NCBI GenBank assembly: GCA_950097015.1
Contig: CATNEN010000038.1
Location: forward strand, 23,808,001 to 23,872,000
DNA from: Macrostomum hystrix
Taxonomy: Eukaryota; Animalia; Platyhelminthes
DNA: 64,000 nucleotides
Reading direction: 5' to 3'
Below are positions 13,717-24,700 of this stretch, piece by piece. Position 1 is the stretch's first letter; each line of letters opens with the position of its first letter. The position numbers and the translations under genes are program-made. Below the pieces are notes generated by a model. The model saw only the letters and a list, made by a program, of their open reading frames with translations, was not told where the DNA came from and did no database searches.

Positions 13717-14620
13717 AGACTTCACACCCTGCCCCAACCCTTAAATTTCCAACCCTCCCCCAGCAGGCCTATAGACTTCACACCCTGCCCCAACCCTTAA
13801 ATTTCCAACCCTCCCCCAGCAGGCCTATAGACTTCACACCCTGCCCCAACCCTTAAATTTCCAACCCTCCCCCAGCAGGCCTATAGACTTCACACCCTGC
13901 CCCAACCCTTAAATTTCCAACCCTCCCCAGCAGGCCTATAGACTTCACACCCTGCCCCAACCCTTAAATTTCCAACCCTCCCCCAGCAGGCCTATAGACT
14001 TCACACCCTGCCCCAACCCTTAAATTTCCAACCCTCCCCCAGCAGGCCTATATAGACTTCACACCCTGCCCCAACCCTTAAATTTTCAACCCTCCCCCAG
14101 CAGGCCTATAGACTTCACACCCTGCCCCAACCCTTAAATTTCCAACCCTCCCCCAGCAGGCCTATAGACTTCACACCCTGCCCCAACCCTTAAATTTCCA
14201 ACCCTCCCCCAGCAGGCCTATAGACTTCACACCCTGCCCCAGGCCTCAACTTTCCAATCCTCCCCCAACAGGCCTAGACTTCACACCCTGCCCCAGGCCT
14301 CAACTTTCCAATCCTCCCCCAACAGGCCTATAGACTTCACACCCTGCCCCAGGCCTCAACTTTCCAATCCTCCCCCAACAGGCCTAGACTTCACACCCTG
14401 CCCCAGGCCTCAACTTTCCAATCCTCCCCCAACAGGCCTAGACTTCACACCCTGCCCCAGGCCTCAACTTTCCAACCCTTCCCCAGCAGGCCTATAGACT
14501 TCACACCCTGCCCCAACCCTTAAATTTCCAACCCTCCCCCAGCAGGCCTATAGACTTCACACCCTGTCCCAGGCCTCAACTTTCCAACCCTTCCCCAACA
14601 GGCCTAGACTTCACACCTTG
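13717..14620. repeat. Intronic C-rich minisatellite, ~56-bp unit TAGACTTCACACCCTGCCCCAACCCTTAAATTTCCAACCCTCCCCCAGCAGGCCTA
   Basis: About 16 copies in two variants, ending ~20 nt before the 3' splice site. Confidence 0.95.
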
Positions 14621-14639
14621 CCTCGCCTAAACATTTCAG

Positions 14640-15200
14640 GCTTATGTGCGGCAGTAAAATCGAGCTATCTTCCGATCCGATCTCGAGTCACGGTGAGACC
14701 CGCTGCCCTCAGCCGTGCGAACAAATCACTTATCGCACCACCGCTTATCAGTCTTTATGGCCGCCAAAATCGAACGAGATAGATTTCTATCGCTATCACA
14801 TCAAAAACAAGCCTCATCTAGCTAATAAATTTCGCGACTACGCCAAAGCCAGCGCTCTAATAGAGAATGGAAGCCTACTTGAAGCCAGTAATCTTCTAGA
14901 TAACCTCGGCACTGATCTAATTAGGGAGAACTTCTTGAGATTGCACGTTTTCAGGCCCGACATTAGTCTGACTATCAGCCAGGAGAAGCTGCAAATCACC
15001 ATGGAGGCGCTGGTATCCCAGATTGGTGGCGCATTTTCACTGTGGGCCGGCCTGACCATCATCACAATCGTAGAGCTTATGGAGCTAATCTATTATGTGG
15101 CAAAGAGGACCACATCATTTATTGCTGAAACCCTGCACGGCGGAGATCGGGGTGGAGACGCTAACGATTTCGCCAGACATGAACAGCAGCAGCAGCAGCA

Positions 15201-15247
<47 letters not shown>

Positions 15248-15354
15248 TAGTTGAATCCGAGGCTATGGAGCTGCCACGGAAAGACCCTTGTGAAGTGATT
15301 AGCGGCGGCGGTGGCGTCAGCCTCTCAGATGTGAATGTGTTCAGTAAAATCTAA
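14640..15354 (+). CDS. DEG/ENaC subunit, coding exon 2 (CPQPC, TM2, polyQ tail)
   Basis: Acceptor TTTCAG|G at 14639/14640 restores frame (AG+G=Arg); CPQPCEQ, SLWP, TM2 SQIGGAFSLWAGLTIITIVELMELIYY; stop TAA at 15352-15354; joined CDS is 1854 nt, 617 aa. Confidence 0.9.
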
Positions 15355-15397
15355 CAATTTTTACGAGGGTATAAAGCAATGGAAAACCCAAATATGT

Positions 15398-16003
15398 AGA
15401 TTGGAGTTGCAGTGTCGGCTCATCAAAGAATCCCATATACTAGGCAGATTGGAGTTGCAGTGGCGGCTCATCAAAGAATAACATAGACTAGGCGGATTGG
15501 ATTTGCAGTGGCGGCTCATCAAAGAATCCCATAGACTAGGCAGATTGGAGTTGCAGTGGCGGCTCATCAAAGAATCCCATAGACTAGGCGGATTGGAGTT
15601 GCAGTGTCGGCTCATCAAAGAATCCCATATACTAGGCAGATTGGAGTTGCAGTGGCGGCTCATCAAAGAATCCCATAGACTAGGCAGATTGGAGTTGCAG
15701 TGTCGGCTCATCAAAGAATCCCATATACTAGGCAGATTGGAGTTGCAGTGGCGGCTCATCAAAGAATCCCATAGACTAGGCAGATTGGAGTTGCAGTGTC
15801 GGCTCATCAAAGAATCCCATAGACTAGGCGGATTGGAGTTGCAGTGTCGGCTCATCAAAGAATCCCATATACTAGGCGGATTGGAGTTGCAGTGTCGGCT
15901 CATCAAAGAATCCCATATACTAGGCGGATTGGAGTTGCAGTGGCGGCTCATCAAAGAATCCCATAGACTAGGCAGATTGGAGTTGCCGTAGCGGCTCATC
16001 AAA
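15398..16003. repeat. Minisatellite, 48-bp unit AGATTGGAGTTGCAGTGGCGGCTCATCAAAGAATCCCATAGACTAGGC
   Basis: About 12.5 copies starting ~45 nt after the DEG/ENaC stop codon. Confidence 0.95.
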
Positions 16004-16454
16004 GGTGTTGTAGAAAGCTTTCCTCTGCCCACATTTTCTACAATGGTTGTTATTTCAAAATTGTATTAAATAGTGTAAGCGCACTTGTGTATGTCTGTCC
16101 AATTGTCTTTTATTTAAATTGTGTCAAATAATGGAAAATCTTAAATTACTTAAAAATATGCAACATTTAAACATCAGATTGGCTAATATTCTTTACAAAA
16201 ATGTGCTTCTTTTCGAGCATTGCTTTGTGCTAATGAATGTAATTTGTCTTCTTGTTTTTGCACTGAGTACTCGCAGAAGTAGTTATTTATTAGTAATTTG
16301 CTTTTTTATCCGTATGCGTAATAAAAAAGTGCCGACCTAAATAAAAAATACCTGCAGTCTATAGTGTATTCTTCTTTACCTAGTGATGATTTCAGAAGTG
16401 CAGATTTGGGAAAGATGTAGATTCTTGCAAGAGGTGTATCAGGTGATAAATGAA

Positions 16455-16650
16455 GGTCAGGTGAGAGATGTAGGGTCAGGTGAGAGATGTAGGGTCAGGT
16501 GAGAGATTTAGGGTCAGGTGAGAGATGTAGGGTCAGGTGAGAGATGTAGGGACAGGTGAGAGATGCAGGGAGAGGTGAGATATGTAGAGACAGGTGAGAG
16601 ATGCAGGGGGAGATGAGAGACGTAGGGACAGGGGAGAGATATATGGAGAG
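16455..16650. repeat. Short minisatellite, 19-bp unit GTCAGGTGAGAGATGTAGG
   Basis: Five good copies decaying rightwards. Confidence 0.85.
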
Positions 16651-17199
16651 GTAAGATACGTTGTAAAAGTTTTGAATAAAAGTGATGCATTAAAAGCAGA
16701 AGTTTATGAAGTAGTACATACTCGTATTTGAACAAAAATAATTTCGAATTTCACTGGAACGGATGCGATAAGAGAGCATGAAAATGCACCATATAAATTT
16801 GCGTGTATAATGCGTATTTCTCGTTTCGCCGCGTGGAATATATTTTTACGGCACTATAATTTAGTTAATTTCCTTCATTTATGAGGAATTTTGTCGGCAT
16901 TATCGGCGCCAGATGCCGCAGAAAAATAAATAATTAATCAAAATGATTTTTGCCCATTCCCTACAAAATCCCTATAGGACTTCGCAAACGTTGTATTGAG
17001 ATGAGCAACCATCAGGTGTTCCTCTTGCAGATTAATTGAAACCTTGCGGCATTGTACGAGTAATCCTGAGTACTCACGATCATGCGGCTACTCACGATGT
17101 ACAAGAGATAAAGCAAGGAATACCTTAATAAGCTTATCTTTTGATCTGCATTATACTTTGCCCCTCGGCCTCTCCATTCTTATCTCTCTTCCCATCTCA

Positions 17200-17685
17200 A
17201 TCTACTTCTCTTCATGTCACTCTACTTCACTTCATGTCACTCTACTTCTCTTCATGTCACTCTACTTCTCTTCATGTCACTCTACTTCTCTTCATGTCAC
17301 TCTACTTCTCTTCATGTCACTCTACTTCACTTCATGTCACTCTACTTCACTTCATGTCACTCTACTTCTCTTCATGTCACTCTACTTCACTTCATGTCAC
17401 TCTACTTCTCTTCATGTCACTCTACTTCTCTTCATGTCACTCTACTTCTCTTCATGTCACTCTACTTCTCTTCATGTCACTCTACTTCTCTTCATGTCAC
17501 TCTACTTCACTTCATGTCACTCTACTTCACTTCATGTCACTCTACTTCTCTTCATGTCACTCTACTTCACTTCATGTCACTCTACTTCTCTTCATGTCAC
17601 TCTACTTCTCTTCATGTCACTCTACTTCTCTTCATGTCACTCTACTTCTCTTCATGTCACTCTACTTCACTTCACTTCACTTCAC
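17200..17685. repeat. Minisatellite, 20-bp unit TCTACTTCTCTTCATGTCAC
   Basis: About 23 copies. Confidence 0.96.
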
Positions 17686-18384
17686 ATTCTAACAAAATTT
17701 CTCTTCACATCTCACACTACATCTCTTATCCTCTCACTCTACCCAATTCATTCAACTCTGCTTCTACTCAACTACTTGGATCCTACTTAATTGTTCTGTC
17801 CTTCAATTTCTAGTTCGTCTCAGCTGACATGACAGTGTGACCGTTTGTCAAATGACCAAATGATTTGCCTAGAGCCATAAAAATATTAACGATTAGCTCA
17901 CAGGTTACACCCAAAACCCCCGGGGCGGGTGTGGTCACATTGCAGGTGAAGCTAAATAGTGAGTGAAGAAAAATACTCATAACTTCTGTTTGTTTTGACA
18001 GCATAAAGTCACACGGGCTTATTTAAAATACCCGCTGCCTACTTCCCGTTAGCTCCCAAACCAAATGGTCGATTTTATGAAATTCCGTATGGATCAAAAT
18101 TTTCCGCCCATTACGATGAACTAACTTTCGAATCCGTCCAACGTCAACATTGTCGAGGTATTTCAAGGGCAGTCGACTATGACAAGGACAAAAAGCTCTG
18201 TGAGAACCTCTATGGCGAATCCACATTGGTTCAATAATCTGAGTCCATCTGCTCCATAGGTTCCATTGTTCTCAACATCCCTGTCACCAAGGTCTCGTTC
18301 ATCACCGTCTAAACCATCGGTGCCGACCCTCGGGACCTTCAACAAAAGTTGCCGTCTTTGAGAGGCCAATCGGGTGCCTTAGTA

Positions 18385-18518
18385 TGGGTGTGCCGTCCCC
18401 CCAGTCCATGGACTGAACAGCCGTACGCAGCCTTCAGATGCGCCGCGCAATAGCTGCGGCTGTGCTGTCGGCTGCACATCTGGCCCAATTAGGGCAGGTG
18501 TAATCAATAATAATAAAT
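18385..18518 (+). mobile_element. SINE-B (CORE-SINE) 3' tail fragment
   Basis: Near-identical to the reverse complement of 40290-40420; CAGTCCATGGACTG palindrome, terminal stem-loop and (AAT)n tail. Confidence 0.75.
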
Positions 18519-18577
18519 TAAAATCGATTTCTAAGTACTGAAGCTAATTTAGTATATAATAATAACTTTCAGCTGAA

Positions 18578-18925
18578 GGGGGTGAGTGGTAGAGCGGTTA
18601 ACACGTTTGCCTCTCACGCCAAGGTCCCTGAGCTCGATTCCGCGGCAAGGCCACATTCATTTGGGGCGCAGCCCGCGCGGAGAGAAGGCTTGGGGGCTTG
18701 TCGTGTAATTTACGCCCTTGAGGGCCAACCTCCAAGGCACAGTGAGAGTGTACACTTCCTGACGATGAGAAAGTCAGGGCAGATGTACACACCTGCGTGA
18801 GCGTACGAAATCTGTGCGCGTGTGTGCTCAGGAGTCAGCGAAATGAGCAGAATTGCCTCCTCACTGGCTGCAGGTCTAGTGTCACCTAATTGTGCCCAAT
18901 TGTCCACAGCTCTCACGCAATTATT
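18578..18925 (+). mobile_element. tRNA-derived SINE-A, near full length
   Basis: Pol III box A (TGGTAGAGCGG) and box B-like (GCTCGATTCC) head; body shared with copies at 29170, 40848 and 61661; AT-rich tail. Confidence 0.85.
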
Positions 18926-19509
18926 AATTATTTTTTAAAAGTACAATTAGTTTTATAATTTTAATTTTTATAATTAACTTTTACCTGCGTTTGTCCCGAA
19001 AAAAGCAGAACCGTTAAGCGATTTCCACAAGTGCTCAGTTAATAAATTGCAATGGCGTGCACAGGTGTGCAAACTTATATTAAAACAAATTAGTTGTCCA
19101 ATTATTCTATATTGCCCCTATATCGATCTGCAGCTGTGGCACATGTCAATCAAATCCTTTATTGTTGCAATAGTACATGTGAGAATTTGGCTAGTAGATT
19201 ACAAGAATCGTACGTAGATTCCGTTTTGAATTTATGTCTAGTTAAATTGTGTCAGCTAAAGTATTCAAGAATAATATGAATTGAATCTGCATTCATGGGT
19301 ACTCCAGCTAAATTCTTTTAATATACTTTTATTAACGGAGCAAAAATTCCTTCGCCTCCGATAAACATAAAAAAGCTTCGATACATATCCCTTAACTAAC
19401 GCAAAATATCCCCCACTTCGATAAATATCTTAAAATCCGTTGAAAATCATTATTTCCGTTAAACACCCTGCACGGTTGTTAAATATCCTACACTTGCGCA
19501 AAATTTTCC

Positions 19510-20670
19510 CACTTCCGATAAACACCTTCACTTTCGATAAAAACCCTTTACCTCCGTTAAGCATCTGTCAATTTTCGTTAAAAAACCCTTTTCCTCCGTT
19601 AAACATCTTCACTTTCGTTAAAAACCCTTTACCTCCGTTAAACATCTGTCAATTTTCGTTAAAAAACCCTTTTCCTCCGTTAAACATCTTCACTTTCGTT
19701 AAAAACCCTTTACCTCCGTTAAACATCTGTCAATTTTCGTTAAAAAACCCTTTTCCTCCGTTAAACATCTTCACTTTCGTTAAAAACCCTTAACCTCCAT
19801 TAAACATCTTTAATTTCGTTAAAAACCCCTTTCCTCCGTTAAACATCTTGAATTTCGTTAAAAACGCTTCTCCTCCGTTAAACACCTTCAATTTCGTTAA
19901 AAACCCTTTACCTCCGTTAAACATTTTCAATTTCGTTAAAAAACCCTTTTCCTCCGTTAAACATCTTCAATTTCGTTAAAAAACCCTTTTCCTTCGTTAA
20001 ACATCTTCAATTTCGTTAAAAACCCTTTACCTCCATTAAACATCTTCACTTTCGTTAAAAACCCTTTTCCTCCGTTAAACATCTTCACTTTCGTTAAAAA
20101 CCCTTTTCCTCCATTAAACATCTTCACTTTCGTTAAAAACCCTTTTCCTCCGTTAAACACCTTCAATTTCGTTAAAAACCCTTTTCCTCCGTTAAACATC
20201 TTCACTTTCGTTAAAAACCCTTTACCTCCATTAAACATCTTCACTTTCGTTAAAAACCCTTTTCCTCCGTTAAACATCTTCACTTTCGTTAAAAACCATT
20301 TTCCTCCGTTAAACATCTTCAATTTCATTAAAAACCCTTTACCTCCGTTAAACATTTTCAATTTCGTTTAAAAACCCTTTACCTCCATTAAACATCTTCA
20401 CTTTCGTTAAAAACCCTTTTCCTCCGTTAAACATCTTCAATTTCATTAAAAACCCTTTACCTCCGTTAAACATTTTCAATTTCGTTTAAAAACCCTTTAC
20501 CTCCATTGAACATCTTCAATTTCGTTAAAAGCCTATTTCCTCCGTTAAACATCTTCAATTTCGTTAAAAGCCCTTTTCCTTCGTTAAACATGTTCAATTT
20601 CGTTAAAAGCCCTTTTCCTTCGTTAAACATCTTCAATTTCGTTAAAAGCCCTTTTCCTTCGTTAAATATC
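19510..20670. repeat. Minisatellite, 39-bp unit CCGTTAAACATCTTCACTTTCGTTAAAAACCCTTTTCCT (dimer of CGTTAAA subunits)
   Basis: About 29 copies with degenerate copies on both flanks. Confidence 0.94.
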
Positions 20671-20990
20671 AAACACTTCCATTAATTATGTTGCACATCC
20701 GTTAAATATCACGCTCTACCTTTAAACAGGAAGTGTTTAATTCTTTACTTCCGTTAAACATTCTGTACTAAAACCTTTATTCATAAAAAAATATAACGAA
20801 TCAATTGAATTTCGTTAAACTTTCCTGTAGGTTTTTTGGAAGACTACGTTTATCTGGTCTTCATTTTTACTACGAGTTTTTATGATACTTTCTAATTGTC
20901 AACAACAGCAAACAACAGGACAAAACAATATGATCAATCACTGTGTAAATGACAGGCTAAGCAGAAGTTCAAGACAAAATAGTCAATCTT

Positions 20991-21317
20991 TGTAGCGACT
21001 TTCGGTTACGCGACTTGTTTGTACTTGCTCTGATTGTGTCTCTCTTTTCTTTATCGCTGCACCCCTCTCCTTCCCCCTGCCCCTGCTACTCTCCACGATT
21101 GTACCCCAACCCCCCTTTCGTCGCTTTCCTTTGTCTGCCTATGTACATCTGAGGCGGGGTTTAACCCTATCCTTACTATCGATCGCTTCTCTCTAGCCGC
21201 TAGTGTTAAGTTCAAATATAATGTCTGGCCCTCTGGGCCTTTGTGAGTCATCCCCCATTGCGCTCTCTGTCTCGTTTGAGGTTTGTCCGTATGAACGGGC
21301 TCTTGCTGCGAAGATTC
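20991..21317 (+). repeat. 5' LTR (portion alignable to the 3' LTR)
   Basis: Identical to the 3' LTR over 263 bp, 2 mismatches over 327 bp, then alignment breaks down; TATAA at 21217-21221. Confidence 0.9.
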
Positions 21318-21780
21318 AATTAATTGCATAATTCGCTCGCTTCTTCACCTGCCTGCCGGCTTCGTTCGCTCTCCCGTCTACTGGCTCACGCCTGCCGGCC
21401 TCGCTCGCTCCCTCGCATACCGGCTGGTGTCTGTCTCCCTATTTCGTGACTGTCTCATCAATTAACTGAACTGTCGAGATAAGTAATAATAGATTTTACT
21501 GATCGCAATCCTATATTTATCATCTGTACTCGCTGGCTTTATTTTTACGTGTTTTCTCGTTATCTTGCAACTCAAACGTGTGTTTTTTCTCTTATTGTTA
21601 TTTTGTTCTTCACGCATCTCAAAGCTAAAATTCTTCTGTTGCTTTCTCTGTCCTTTGAGTCTTTCTCTGCCTTTTTTTCTTCACCACTTCAAGGTCTTGC
21701 TGTATCCGCTTGCGGCATCCGTTGCGCTCTTCTCCTTGGAGTTCCGATCTTAGCCAGACGCACTTTCGCCAAGGTGGTCA

Positions 21781-24700
21781 ATGGATGAAGCCATCAGAAA
21801 GAGAGCGGCCATTCGGTCCGTTGTGACAAAGACCATAAATCGAGCAGAGAAGTGGCTGTCAGCTGGAAGTGGACGTGATGACAAAATAAACGCTGAAGCT
21901 GAAGCATGCATTGATACTCTGAAGCAGAAACTGGGATTGATGGAGGAATTGGACCTGGACATTCAGAGTCAGATGGAAGAGGAAAACCTGAGTCGTGAAC
22001 AAGAAGAAGCTGATGAGTATGCATTCAGGTGTCGGAAGTACGTCAGATTGTTAGAGAAATCATTATCAAATGCGACTAAGTCTGTAACATCTGGACCTCA
22101 GGTCAAACTGCCGAAACGTCATATCCCTACATTTGACGGCACGGTGACGTCATGGCAAACGTATTGGGATCAGTTCTCCTCGTCAATCGATTCGAATAAT
22201 CAGCTATCGGACATCGACAAGTTTAATTACCTCTTGGATTCGCTCTCTAAATCAGCCAAGTCCTGCATTCGTGGACTGAGTGTTACTTCAGCTAATTACA
22301 AGGTAGCTATCGATCTTCTACATCAACGCTTTGGTAAATCAGATCTGGTAATTCGAAGTCTAATGAACCAACTGTCAGATATTCACCTATCAGATGTGTC
22401 ATTAGCAGGCTTACGTTCGTTTCACGATGACATAGCTGCTGCCGTTCGAAGCTTGGAAGTTCAGGGAGTAATGTCGTCGGCTTATGAGGCATTGCTGTTG
22501 CCTAATCTGCTTCGTAAGTGTCCAAATGAATTTCGTCTCGACCTAATGAAGTGCGCGAGCCTGTCGAAGAAAGAAATCAACAACATGGCTGTTCTGCTGG
22601 AGTTTCTACAGACGGAAATTCAAGTTCGAGAGAACGCAGCAGTGGGCGGTAAGAAATCGAGCAACTCAGAAGCCAGTCGACATTGCCTTCAACCTAAGTC
22701 TTCGCTTGCAACGTTAACCGTGCAGTCACGAAATGATCGACAAGCTGTCATGAAGATCTTTTGTACGTACTGTGGCTCGGACCATACATCTGAGAAGTGT
22801 TCGAAGTTGGTCTCGGTGGATGCTCGAATCGAATTTCTGAAGAAGGAGCAGCGTTGCTTTCGGTGCCTCAGGTCAGGTCATTCATCAAGGACGTGTCATG
22901 ATTCCCGGCGATGCAGAAACTGTTCAGGCGCTCACCATGTCAGCATCTGCAATTGTGGCCTGTCAGATGGACAGGGGTCGGGCTTCAAAATGAAAGCAAA
23001 GAGTATCGATTCGACAGTCAAGAGTGGCGCGGTCCAGAACAAGACCTTTGCCAATGCGAAGAAGGACGTCATTCGGCAGGTGCAGACTGGGAGTACGAAC
23101 GCGGCACAGAGTGAACCTGAATCTGTGGTTTCAACGGAAGGAAACTTTGCTCTCTCCATGTTCATCAATCGTAACCCCGCTGTCGCTCTTCCAGTTGCAA
23201 AGGCAATTCTGATTGCTCCTGACGGACGTCGAGAACTGCTGGTGAGGGTTCTGCTGGATACCGCAAGCAATCGGTCGTATATTCGAGAAGACGTATGCGA
23301 CTTGCTCCAGTTTGAACGGTTTGCTGAGGAAAGTTTGAAAGTCTCTGCCTTTTCTGGAATCGCTACGACGGTGAACTCTTCAAGAGTGAAATTCCACATT
23401 CGCAAGGTTGACTCCATGGAGATCATCAGACTGGAAGCTAATGTCGTAAAGCAGATCTGTCAGCCTCAGACTTCAGTTATCGTCAATTCGTTTCAACACC
23501 TTCGTGATGTAGACCTAGCGGATCCATATGACCCACGTGACATCAGTACTCCAATCTCGATCCTCGTAGGCTCAGATCAATACTTCCAAATTGTAGGCGA
23601 CAACGTGATTCGTGGCACCTCAGGACCAGTCGCCATTTCCTCTAAGCTAGGATTCCTTCTCTGTGGTCCTCTAGCGATCGATGGGTCAGCCAAGGATGAG
23701 CCTATCGTTTCCGAAGATTCAGCTGATTGTAGTACGGCTCAGACCTTGTGCTGCGCTACTCCTGATGATGCCTTTGTCACAACTGACTCGTCGAAGTGTA
23801 ACCTCTCTTCATTCTGGCGACTTGAAGCACTAGGGATCAGTGAGCAAAAGGATGATTCCACGGAGGGTTCGTTTATCTGTAATCCAAGGCTCGAGAACGG
23901 TCGGTACAGCGTCAGTCTACCATGGAAATACCCGGAAGGCTCAGTGCCGTTGGATGATCACTTCGACATGGCGTACAGTAGACTGTCGTCCACAACTCGT
24001 GCTCTGAGGAAGGATCCAGAGACTCTGACAAAGTATAGCGGAATCATTTCGGAACAGGAAGCTTCTGGCATAATCGAGAAGGTGCCCGAGAAAGATCTTG
24101 GCAAGAACACTTGTCATTATATGCCTCATCACCACGTCATAAAGTCAGACAGTGAGCACACAAAGATACGTATTGTGTTTGATGGATCTGCCAGACTTCG
24201 AACAGGCGACTTCTCAATCAATGATCTTCTTCAAGCTGGTCCGACTGATGTACCTCTGATCCCAGAAATTCTGATGAGATTTCGCAAACATCCGATCGCC
24301 ATCATAGGTGACATAGAAAAAGCCTTCTTGCAGATTGCCATCGATAGTGAGGACAGAGACTATCTGAGATTTCTGTGGACTAACCCGAGTGAGTCGGACA
24401 AGGTTTTTCACTATCGCTTCTGTAGATTGCCGTTCGGTCTTACGTGCTCTCCTGGGGTCTTGAGAGCTACGGTCCTTCAACACATTGATAGCCAGAAGAA
24501 TAATTTTCCACTCGCCGCTGAGATTATTCGCAAAGACTTGTACGTCGACAATTTAGTGACAAGCTGTAAATCTCTAAGTGACGCATTCAATCTCTACAAC
24601 GATGCAAAAAATATCTTCAACCTGGCTGGCATGAATATGCGACAGTGGAAATCCAACTCAGATTCGTTCAACAGCTCGCTACCCGATCAGGATGTTGGTC

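Noticed and set aside
13717-16003. Regular 48-56-bp repeats as CRISPR arrays
   Set aside because: Head-to-tail units without unique spacers, no cas genes, eukaryotic context
21034-21329. Duplicated small ORFs at 21034/27699 and 21051/27716
   Set aside because: Chance ORFs inside the LTRs
24541-24552. RT motif YVDN instead of YxDD as a sign of inactivation
   Set aside because: YVDN recurs among BEL/Pao RTs and the rest of the ORF is intact
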